From positions 256,001 through 320,000 of the forward strand of contig JBMNLH010000004.1 in NCBI GenBank assembly GCA_050952625.1: DNA of 64,000 nucleotides, written 5' to 3'. The DNA is from Bacillota bacterium. GTDB taxonomy: Bacteria; Bacillota; Ch66; Ch109. Both the position numbers and the translations under genes were made by a program. Below, in pieces: positions 1 to 8,357 of the stretch (the stretch's first letter is position 1; each line of letters starts with the position of its first letter). The notes under the pieces are model-generated. The model was not told the DNA's origin and ran no database searches. It was given only the letters and a program-made list of their open reading frames with translations.

Positions 1-251
1 CGGCGAGCCGGAACGAGAGGACCAGCTTTACGGACGACCTCAGCCTTTCCGACTGGGCAAGGGGCTTCGTGGTGGTGGCCGCAAAGTCGGAATTAATCAA
101 AGGTTACCCGGACCAGAGCTTCAAGCCGCGAGGCGGTGTCACGCGGGCCGAGGCCTGCGTCATCGTTACGAATTTCTTAACAAAAATCGGCGAGAAGTCT
201 CCTTCCTCAACACCGCAGGTGCAGAAAAAGGATGAATCGCCCGTTTTCTAG
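1..251 (+). CDS. C-terminal end of an S-layer homology (SLH) domain protein, 5' part outside window
   Basis: LIKGYPDQSFKPRGGVTRAEA matches the SLH signature (GYxDGxF.P...TRAE). Confidence 0.75.
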   Translation, partial: ASRNERTSFTDDLSLSDWARGFVVVAAKSELIKGYPDQSFKPRGGVTRAEACVIVTNFLTKIGEKSPSSTPQVQKKDESPVF

Positions 252-353
252 TCTTCCATTAACAATTATACTAGTAACAATTAACAATGCCGGTATTCGC
301 CATTGCAAAAATGGAGAAATGGTACTAATCCGGTAGTTGGGGAGGTAAGCTCA

Positions 354-1139
354 GTGCGGTCAAAAATCGGGTATAGCTTAGCCGCGTTGGTGCTCTTATT
401 GGGGTTGATCGGGCCAATCGTCTGCTCCCAGAAGGTTGTTCATCAACCACAACCACCACTACAGAACAGTTCCCTGGCGGAGGCTGACTCCGCCAGTCCG
501 CCCTTTTTCTCACCATCACCAACTGAAGAAAGTATAAGCAACCAACTTGAGGAAAAAGCCGCGGATTTGGCTGTCCCGTCAAAGGAAAGCGAACCCCTGG
601 TGCAGAGAACAGAGTCAGCCAAAACCGATTCCCCAAATCCTTTGGCAGCCGAGCCAAAACCGGCGAACTTGCCGAGGGCGAACTCGCCGAATGCAAACTT
701 ACCGAGGGCAAACTCGCCGGGCCAGAATAATAATGCAACCAACCAGGAAGCATTATCTAACCCGGCTGACCCGGGCTCACCGGAGCAGGGTCTTAGCGTT
801 GAGCTAGCCGTGGTCGGTCGAAACGGACAGCTTCTTTATGGCCCGACGAAGACAGTCCTAAAAGAAGATAACCGGTGGGGATTAAGCGTGCTGGGCGCGT
901 TAGACTCCACTGGCTTAAGCTATCAGTTGAGCCCGAAGTACGGTAATTTTGTTTTGAGTATTGGCGGCGTAACCAATCAAGGCAGCAGCGGTTGGATGTA
1001 TCAAGTGAATGGTCAGGTGCCGCTGGCAGCGGCGGACAAACAGATCGTTAACCCGGGTGACCAGATAATCTGGTGGTTTAGCGAGAGCCTTAAGACCGGG
1101 CCTCCTTCCTGGGAGAATTTGCGGAGTGCTGCACCGTAA
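354..1139 (+). CDS. Membrane-anchored DUF4430 (transcobalamin-like C-terminal) domain protein, probable cobalamin-binding ECF accessory
   Basis: N-terminal hydrophobic helix, Pro/Ser-rich linker, C-terminal FVLSIGG...GWMYQVNG...PGDQIIWW motif; GTG at 354 follows GGAGG (ORF track starts at 303). Confidence 0.7.
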   Translation: MRSKIGYSLAALVLLLGLIGPIVCSQKVVHQPQPPLQNSSLAEADSASPPFFSPSPTEESISNQLEEKAADLAVPSKESEPLVQRTESAKTDSPNPLAAEPKPANLPRANSPNANLPRANSPGQNNNATNQEALSNPADPGSPEQGLSVELAVVGRNGQLLYGPTKTVLKEDNRWGLSVLGALDSTGLSYQLSPKYGNFVLSIGGVTNQGSSGWMYQVNGQVPLAAADKQIVNPGDQIIWWFSESLKTGPPSWENLRSAAP

Positions 1140-1162
1140 ATTGTTGGCCTGGACATACTCAT

Positions 1163-1273
1163 GTGAACTCGTTCCGCTTCGCTGAACATCGAGGCTTCAG
1201 ATGGAGACTCTACTCCACCTGAAGTTTAAACAAGGTAACCTCCACTTATACAAGTGAGAATCTTTTGATTCAG
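1163..1273 (-). repeat. Repeat family R1 copy (non-autonomous, IS200/IS605-end-like hairpin element)
   Basis: Reverse complement matches 25819-25926 and 26602-26710; ends in GAGTTCAC. Confidence 0.75.
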
Positions 1274-1401
1274 ATTAAGTGTGGGTAAAGTGTGAAGTAT
1301 AAACCAAGACGTTAGACGTGAAACGCGACTTGCAGCATTTTATCTTATTAGGTAACGCTAGTGTCCTGGTCTACTAGAGAAGAACCGACATCATTAAGGA
1401 G

Positions 1402-2340
1402 TTGTTGTTTTTGCTGGAACAACTGCAGTTTCAAGATAAAGGGCTGATGCTGCAGCATTTACACCCGTTGGCGGCCTTGGCCTATCTGGGGGTATTGGCC
1501 GGGCTAGCCCTGGTCTTTACCCATCCGCTATACCTGCTGGGCTTGCTAGGACTTATTATCCTGGCGATTCAAGCCGCCGATGGCTTGGCCGGCTGGGGAA
1601 TCTGCTTAAAACTCAGTCTGGGGATGGGCGGTCTGATCTTATTGGTAAATCTCCTGGTGGTTCGGGCCGGGGAGACGGTTATTTGGCGGGGGCCGCAGTT
1701 GCCGATTTTAGGCGAGCTGCGTATTTCGTTAGAGGCGATTTGTTTTGGTGCCGCGATGAGCCTGCGGCTTCTGGTGGTGCTCAGCGTTTTTTATCTGTTA
1801 AATCTGATAATTCACCCGGACCGGCTCCTGCGCCTGTTGTCTCGCTTGGCCGGCCGCTCAGCCTTGGTCCTATCGCTGGTGACCCGGCTGTTTCCTTATG
1901 TTTTCCGGCAAGTGAACAACCTCCAGGAAGTGCTGCGGGTCCGCGGTGTTGATTTTCAGGCCGGAACCTGGCGGGAACGGCAGCAAAAGTATTGGCTGCT
2001 GTTCAACAATCTGTTGATTTCGTCCCTGGAAAATTCATGGGAATTGGCCGAGGCGATGCAGGCGCGGGCCTTTGGCAGCGGCCCGCGCTCTCGTTACTGG
2101 CGTGAAGTCTTTCGGCCGCGGGACGTCCTGTGTCTGCTGGCGAGTATGTTGGCCCTTCTGACAGCCATTTATGGCCAAATCAAGGGAAGCAGTACCTTTC
2201 AGTTCTATCCCCAACTGGATTATTTGCTGAAAGATAAGCTGACCCTGCTGCTGTTAGGCATAATCATCGGGGCGTTATCCCTGCCGGTAATTTTAAGCTG
2301 GGGGTGGCAGCGTTGGCCTTATTTAAATGCCAGGATTTAA
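1402..2340 (+). CDS. ecfT: ECF transporter transmembrane T component
   Basis: Multi-pass hydrophobic protein, LHP N-terminal motif, RVRG and AEAMQARAF conserved Arg motifs. Confidence 0.88.
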   Translation: MLFLLEQLQFQDKGLMLQHLHPLAALAYLGVLAGLALVFTHPLYLLGLLGLIILAIQAADGLAGWGICLKLSLGMGGLILLVNLLVVRAGETVIWRGPQLPILGELRISLEAICFGAAMSLRLLVVLSVFYLLNLIIHPDRLLRLLSRLAGRSALVLSLVTRLFPYVFRQVNNLQEVLRVRGVDFQAGTWRERQQKYWLLFNNLLISSLENSWELAEAMQARAFGSGPRSRYWREVFRPRDVLCLLASMLALLTAIYGQIKGSSTFQFYPQLDYLLKDKLTLLLLGIIIGALSLPVILSWGWQRWPYLNARI

Positions 2341-4126
2341 CGTATACTATTATCCGGACCGCCCGAAACCGGCTTTGGCCGGGATTAATCTGCAGATTGC
2401 CGAAGGGGAGTTTCTCCTCCTCATTGGCGGATCGGGTTCAGGCAAATCTTCCCTGGCCCGCTGCCTGGCCGGCTTGATCCCCAAATTTTACGGCGGTCGG
2501 TTCGGGGGCGGCGTGTATTACCGGGGTCAGGGGCTGGCAGAAATTGACCAACGCTGTCTGGCTCAGGAGGTGGGGATTGTCTTTCAGGACCCGGAAAAAC
2601 AATTGGTGATGACCAGTGTTGAGGCAGAGGTGGCCTTTGGCCTGGAAAACCTGGGCCTGCCCCAGTCGGAAATGCGCCGTCGGGTCGCTGAGGTCATCAG
2701 TTTTTTGGACTTGACTGAAGCCCGGCATGAATTTACGGTTAATCTATCCGGCGGCCAGAAGCAGAAACTGGCCCTAGCGGCGGTTCTGGCGATGCAGCCT
2801 CAGGTCCTGATTTTAGACGAGCCAACCTCCCAGTTAGATCCGGTAGCGGCGGAAGAACTGTTTAACCTGATCAAGCGATTAAATGAAGAATTGGGCCTGA
2901 CCATTATTTTAATTGAACAACGCCTGGAACGCTGTTTGCATTTGGCTGACCGGGTCTTGCTGCTGGCTGACGGGCAAGTGGCCTATGACGGCCGGCCGGA
3001 GCTTTACCCTCATTGGGCTAACTCAAGGGGGACTGCGCTGATCCCGCCGCTGAGCAGTTTCTTTGCCCAAGCCGGGCTGGCCGCGGTCCCCTTAACGATT
3101 AAGGAAGGCCGGCAGCTTCTGCGGGCCAGACTGCAGCGAGAAGAATCGCTTTGTGGAACCAGTCAGCCTACCTCAATGCGCGATAAGGATAAGGCTAACT
3201 GCGACGTGTCGCTGGTTGGCCGCCATTCCAACCGAAAAACAGCCGACCACCCTGCGGGTTTGCCGCAGGCTAAGGGGCCGGCGGCAATGAATCTAACCTT
3301 AAAGGATGAGGTTGCGGTAAGCTTAAAAAAAGTATGGTTCACTTATCCCCGGGGCCAGGAAGCCTTGCAGGATATTAATCTCCAGGTGGGGACCGGTGAA
3401 TTTGTCGCGATCCTGGGGGCCAACAGTGCGGGCAAAACGACCTTATTAAAGGTGGTGGCCGGGTTGTTGTCGCCGGGGAGAGGTCAGGTTGAAGTAAGAG
3501 TAGGCGAAAAAGGGCGCGGCCCCGGCCGGGCCGGCAACCGGGGAGCGAAAAGTCAACGGCATCATCAGCCCCAGCCGAATAACGCCGCAGTGGCTTATTT
3601 GTCCCAGAATCCCAATGATTATCTGTTTCACGACACGGTTGAGCAAGAGCTGCGCTTCACCTTAAATAATTTTCGTCTGCCGGATGAAGGCCTAATCGAC
3701 GAACTGCTCGCCACGTTGCACCTGGAGCACTGCCGCCTAAAAAACCCGCGCGATTTAAGCAGCGGCGAACGGCAACGGGTAGCCTTGGCCTCGGTTTTGG
3801 TTGCCCGGCCGCGGCTGTTGCTGTTAGATGAACCGACCCGAGGGATGGATTACGATCTAAAAAAAGAGCTAGGCCTGATCTTAACCGATTTGGTGGCCCA
3901 GGGGATCAGTGTGTTGCTGGTTACCCATGATGTGGAATTTGCGGCCCTGTACGCTTCAAGAGTGATCATGATGTTTGCCGGCCAGATTATTTGTGACGGG
4001 CCAACTCAGCCATTGCTAGCGCACTCGTTTTTCTATTCCACCCAGATCGGCAAAATGTGTCGGGGACTGGCTGACGGCATCTTGACCTTGCCGCAGGCCT
4101 TGGCCCGGTTTAACCTGTCCGGATAA
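2327..4126 (+). CDS. ecfA: ECF transporter duplicated (A-A') ATPase
   Basis: Two ABC domains: GGSGSGKS/LSGGQKQ/ILDEPT and GANSAGKT/LSSGERQ/LLDEPT; natural start may be TTG 2313 across a small indel. Confidence 0.9.
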   Translation: MPGFNVYYYPDRPKPALAGINLQIAEGEFLLLIGGSGSGKSSLARCLAGLIPKFYGGRFGGGVYYRGQGLAEIDQRCLAQEVGIVFQDPEKQLVMTSVEAEVAFGLENLGLPQSEMRRRVAEVISFLDLTEARHEFTVNLSGGQKQKLALAAVLAMQPQVLILDEPTSQLDPVAAEELFNLIKRLNEELGLTIILIEQRLERCLHLADRVLLLADGQVAYDGRPELYPHWANSRGTALIPPLSSFFAQAGLAAVPLTIKEGRQLLRARLQREESLCGTSQPTSMRDKDKANCDVSLVGRHSNRKTADHPAGLPQAKGPAAMNLTLKDEVAVSLKKVWFTYPRGQEALQDINLQVGTGEFVAILGANSAGKTTLLKVVAGLLSPGRGQVEVRVGEKGRGPGRAGNRGAKSQRHHQPQPNNAAVAYLSQNPNDYLFHDTVEQELRFTLNNFRLPDEGLIDELLATLHLEHCRLKNPRDLSSGERQRVALASVLVARPRLLLLDEPTRGMDYDLKKELGLILTDLVAQGISVLLVTHDVEFAALYASRVIMMFAGQIICDGPTQPLLAHSFFYSTQIGKMCRGLADGILTLPQALARFNLSG

Positions 4127-4396
4127 GAATTACGGTCTTTAGCCACCGCGCCTGCGGAGCTTCGGTGAGTTGGTCGATAGTAATGCAGCTCAAGTGGTAG
4201 TACGTGAAGACAAGCTCGTTATGGGCCTTCAGTGCTTTGGTGAATTGATAAGCCAGCGAGGGGAAGGTGAAGCCAGATAATTTCAGAAAAAATCGGCAAC
4301 AGTAAGGTAATCAAGACAGTTAAGGAAGTTAAGGAAGTAAAGACAGTTAAGGCAGTCAGGGCCGCGGGGAAGAGAATCCTGCTACCCCTGGGTGCA

Positions 4397-5131
4397 TTGC
4401 TCACCCTGGGTTTGCTATTAAGCAACGGTCTAGGCAGTGAATCGCCAATTCGACTCGATTGGGGACTGCTGTTTTTAATGATCATCGCGGTTCTATTAGG
4501 TCTTCTTTATTGGGACTTTGAGCGGTCCGCGATCAGTTCGCGTGAGGTAGCCCTGATGGCCGTGCTAGCGGCCATCGCCGCAGTGGCTCGCGTTCCGTTC
4601 GCCCTATTGCCCAGTATTCAGCCAACCACCTTTATCGTTATTATTTCTGGATTTGTGCTGGGGCCAAGAGCCGGGTTTATGGTCGGGGCCACCGCTGCCT
4701 TAGCCTCCAACTTCTTTCTTGGACAGGGCCCCTGGACCCCCTGGCAAATGATGGGGTGGGGTTTGGCCGGTCTGCTGGCCGGTTGGGGAAAGTTATTCTT
4801 TCCTCGTGCCTTTTTAAAGGGGCTCCCGATTTTTTGCTTTTTTTGGGGATATATTTTTGGCTGGTTGATGAATCTATGGTCCTGGCTGGCTTTTATCTAC
4901 CCCTTGAATTGGCAGTCGTTCCTGGTTACCTGTGCAGCCAGTTTTTGGTTTGATACCCTGCACGCTCTGAGTAATGCAGCTTTTTATCTCTTATTCGGGC
5001 CAACTTTTATCAAAATACTGACCCGCTATGGTCGTCGCCTGAAAGTCGAGGAGATTGTTCCGCCGGCCGCCAGTGGTGCGGTGAATTGTTCATTCGGGGC
5101 AGGAAAAGGTCGGTCGATAAAGAAACAATAA
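4397..5131 (+). CDS. ECF transporter S component (CbrT-like, probably cobalamin)
   Basis: ARVPFALLPSIQPTT...SNFFLGQGPWTPWQM motif, hydrophobic, in ECF operon. Confidence 0.8.
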   Translation: MLTLGLLLSNGLGSESPIRLDWGLLFLMIIAVLLGLLYWDFERSAISSREVALMAVLAAIAAVARVPFALLPSIQPTTFIVIISGFVLGPRAGFMVGATAALASNFFLGQGPWTPWQMMGWGLAGLLAGWGKLFFPRAFLKGLPIFCFFWGYIFGWLMNLWSWLAFIYPLNWQSFLVTCAASFWFDTLHALSNAAFYLLFGPTFIKILTRYGRRLKVEEIVPPAASGAVNCSFGAGKGRSIKKQ

Positions 5132-6445
5132 ATGATAGTTAATAGGTTGCCAAAGGAGTGTTTTGCAGTTTTGGAGATTCACCAACGATTTAGGCAGTCA
5201 GAAGTTGATTCGACCTGGTCATTTGCGGAGTGCACTACTAAACAAACAACCGCCTATACCCATGGCTACCATAAGTACCCCGCCAAATTTATCCCTCCCC
5301 TCGCTGCCCGTTTGATTCAGGAGTATACGAAGCCGGGGGATTTAGTGGGGGATCCTTTTATGGGTTCCGGGACGACTTTGGTAGAGGCGATCCTGCATGA
5401 TCGGCGAGCAGTCGGGACCGATATTAATCCCATCGCCTGGCTGATTGCCAAGGCAAAGACCACCCCAATCGAGCCAGGCCGGCTAGCGGAAAAAACGGCC
5501 GCCCTTTTGGAGGCCCTGCCGGTAAATGAGCAAGGGGTACTGGTTAGTCCGCTGCTCAACCAGGTACCCCGGCTAGAGCACGAGCGAATAGATTATTGGT
5601 TTGCCGAACCGAATCGCCGCGAACTGGAAGTGGTCCTGTCTTTAATTAATCAGGAGTCAGATGAAGATATCCGAGTCTTTTTTCTGTGCGGGTTTTCTAA
5701 TGTTTTAAAAAACTGCAGCCGGTGGCTGATGAAATCGAGTAAACCAACGGTCGATAAGCAGAAAAAGATTCCGCCGCTGGTGCCGACCTTGCGCAAACAG
5801 CTTAACTATATGCTCAAAAGAAATGCTTTATTTGTCGAAGCTCTGCGGGGAATCAGCCCTTCAGTTGTAATCAAGCATGACGATGCCCGGAACCTCCCGG
5901 TTTCCCAGAATACGATTGATTTGCTTGTCACTTCACCACCGTATGTTACTTCTTATGAGTACGCCGACTTGCACCAATTAAGCAATCTGGTCCTGGGTTT
6001 AGCCACCGATTTGAAAGAACTGCGCAAAAGCTTTATTGGTTCAATTCAGAGTGTGGTTAATGATGAGCCATTATTAAGTCCCCTGGCCCTCGAAATAATT
6101 GACAATCTGAAAAAAGCGGATCGGAAAGAGGGGGAAGGGGCGCAGGCCTATTTCCAGGCCATGCAGCAGTGTCTGCGCGAAATGCAGGCTAAGTTGAAGC
6201 CAGGAGGCCGCACCTGTATTGTGATCGGGAATACCGCTTTGCGCAAGGTGCCGATCTTAAATGCGGAAATTTTTGCGGAAATGGGTGTCAAGCTGGGTTT
6301 CAAGTTTGACCACTTAATTAAAAGGAAGATACCTTCGAAAATCCTCCCGCAAACGCGGGACCCCAAAACCGGCAAGTTTACCTCCGCCGATAAGGCCGAA
6401 GCCTTGGCTTATCCAGAGGAGTATATTGTCATTCTGCAAAAGTGA
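5132..6445 (+). CDS. Site-specific DNA methyltransferase, amino-MTase (probably N4-cytosine)
   Basis: HKYPAKF, motif I DPFMGSGT precedes motif IV TSPPY (alpha-type order). Confidence 0.85.
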   Translation: MIVNRLPKECFAVLEIHQRFRQSEVDSTWSFAECTTKQTTAYTHGYHKYPAKFIPPLAARLIQEYTKPGDLVGDPFMGSGTTLVEAILHDRRAVGTDINPIAWLIAKAKTTPIEPGRLAEKTAALLEALPVNEQGVLVSPLLNQVPRLEHERIDYWFAEPNRRELEVVLSLINQESDEDIRVFFLCGFSNVLKNCSRWLMKSSKPTVDKQKKIPPLVPTLRKQLNYMLKRNALFVEALRGISPSVVIKHDDARNLPVSQNTIDLLVTSPPYVTSYEYADLHQLSNLVLGLATDLKELRKSFIGSIQSVVNDEPLLSPLALEIIDNLKKADRKEGEGAQAYFQAMQQCLREMQAKLKPGGRTCIVIGNTALRKVPILNAEIFAEMGVKLGFKFDHLIKRKIPSKILPQTRDPKTGKFTSADKAEALAYPEEYIVILQK

Positions 6446-6455
6446 GGGTTCAGGG

Positions 6456-7052
6456 ATGACGCAGCTGCTTGAGTTAGGGATAATTAAAAAGGATGGTAAA
6501 TCAGCCAAGATCTTTGCGGAGATCTGCCCGGATATCTTTGCCGAGCGCGAATTATCCCCAGCTCAGTTCGTCAATCGGCTCTGGGCCGCCTATACGTCTT
6601 ATTATCCTAGTAATAATTCGGTCAACGGCAATATCTTCGAATTCATCATTGCGGCTGTTTTGCTGCGGGAAGGAATTAAACCCTTTCACCGGCAGGTAAA
6701 ACCGGCCTTTGTGCCGGGGATAGATTTTGATCTGATTTTACTGCCGGATACCTTACACCTGGTTTCGCTCAGCCTCAAGACTAGTTTTCGGGAAAGATAC
6801 AAACAGGCGGACCTGGAAGCAATGGCCTTGAAGAATGTTCACCGTCAGGCCAAATGCTATTTATTAACTCTGGAACCAACTGAAGCCGGCTTTATTAAAA
6901 CAAAAATCAGCACTGGCGAGGTACAGTTCTTGGACGAGGCGATCGCGGCTAAGTCTGAGGAATTCGACTCCTTGATCAGGTCTTTGGCGAACTTGATCTT
7001 TAAGGAGAATCACCAGCAAGCGTGGTTGGCGGGTGGGATTTTAATTAAATGA
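6456..7052 (+). CDS. Putative type II restriction endonuclease (EcoRII-C/PspGI-like PD-(D/E)xK)
   Basis: Directly follows MTase; GNIFE...DFD...SLKTSFRERYKQ motif; ATG 6456 preferred over ORF-track start 6426. Confidence 0.65.
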   Translation: MTQLLELGIIKKDGKSAKIFAEICPDIFAERELSPAQFVNRLWAAYTSYYPSNNSVNGNIFEFIIAAVLLREGIKPFHRQVKPAFVPGIDFDLILLPDTLHLVSLSLKTSFRERYKQADLEAMALKNVHRQAKCYLLTLEPTEAGFIKTKISTGEVQFLDEAIAAKSEEFDSLIRSLANLIFKENHQQAWLAGGILIK

Positions 7053-7768
7053 GATTTTCGTCTCCTGCTTTAATCAGTAATGGTAAGTTTGAACCACAAA
7101 TAATCAAAAAGTATGAAAAGAATGCAAACATAGCGATAATTTGATTTTCTAATTCTTCACCTTTCTATGGTAAAGGGACATCAATGCATCACTTCCCTCG
7201 AAATTTATAAAATGAGACCATAGTCCTACAGACAAAGTAGGACTTTTTGTTTTATTGTCGTATTATCGGGGTATGACTTTACAATAAAATACATGGTTTA
7301 ACAAAGGTGTACGCAGATTTTCGATTATAGGACCAAAGCCTCAGAAGAAATTGGCGACTCTTAGACAATCCAATACTATTCTTTCTATTTAAGCAGGTTA
7401 TCTTTATCGGATAGCCTTTCGCGGCAGCAATTATTAAATGAAATGGGGTAAGGAGCATGAATGGTATTCCTCAATGGTTCGTGCAACCTCCTAGAAAGCT
7501 TCATTATTTAATGATCATCCTATTCGTTTGCTATTTTGTAGCGCAATTCTTTCGTTATCAATGGAACTAAGCATTGATTGGGCTTGGTCGTTATTGATTG
7601 GTTTTAACTTTTAGCTTGTTTGACTACTTAATAGGCTTGCAATTAGCCCGAAATAAAGGTAAAATAATCTGGCGACGATCGCTATTGCAATCAGGCTGAT
7701 TTCCTGATATGATCATAAAGTATTCAATTTATAATTAATGTAGAGCATAAAGCTGGTTAATCCGAAGC

Positions 7769-7863
7769 GGAGAGATGGCTGAGATGGTCGAAGGCGCTCG
7801 CCTGGAAAGCGAGTAGACGGGCTTAAACCTGTCTCGAGGGTTCGAATCCCTCTCTCTCCGCCA
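7769..7863 (+). tRNA. tRNA-Ser (GGA)
   Basis: GGAGAGA/TCTCTCC acceptor stem, anticodon arm CTCGC-CTGGAAA-GCGAG, long variable arm, GGTTCGAATCC T-arm, encoded CCA. Confidence 0.96.
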
Positions 7864-7947
7864 TTAATTATTTGTTTTTTGATTATTGACCTAGTTAGAA
7901 TAATTGACCTAGATAGAATAATCTAGATAGAATAATAATGAAAAGAT

Positions 7948-8217
7948 TAGTCGTGCTAGGCGGGGAGGTAGCGGTGCCCTGTTCCCGCAAACCGCTATAG
8001 CGGGGCTGAATTCCCACCCGAGGGTTTATCTTGTGGGGTCCGGCAGGCGTAAGTGGTGAGGACTTTTGGGTCCCACGCAACTGGAACTCCTGAACCGTGT
8101 CAGGTCCGGAAGGAAGCAGCACTAAGGGAACCCTTCAGTGTGCCGTGGGGCAGCCTGGAAAGAGCTAACTGCGTCTGTAACGCCCGGAAGGTTAATTCGG
8201 AGGTGGGTGCACGACTA
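7948..8217 (+). ncRNA. ffs: Signal recognition particle RNA, large Firmicute type
   Basis: Terminal pairing TAGTCGTGC/GCACGACTA, Alu-like GGGGAGGTAGCGGTGCCCTG, helix 8 TCAGGTCCGGAAGGAAGCAGC, upstream of dnaX. Confidence 0.95.
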
Positions 8218-8233
8218 TTAATTTGGATCCTAG

Positions 8234-8260
8234 TGAGCCGCCAATTAAGGCGGCTCATTT
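8234..8260 (+). terminator. Intrinsic terminator after SRP RNA
   Basis: TGAGCCGCC-N6-GGCGGCTCA then TTT. Confidence 0.65.
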
Positions 8261-8357
8261 CGATATTTGCCTCTCAACTCATGTCCTAAAAACACAACCA
8301 CCGATGAAAATAGCGGATATGTTTTCAGAAACCAGGTAAGGTTGGGGGTGGACAAAT

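Noticed and set aside
7769-7863. tRNA-Ser as integration site for the R-M region
   Set aside because: No integrase and no duplicated tRNA end noticed in the window; the accessory genes lie 5' of the tRNA
7895-8289. ORFs of 75 and 78 aa
   Set aside because: Overlap the SRP RNA
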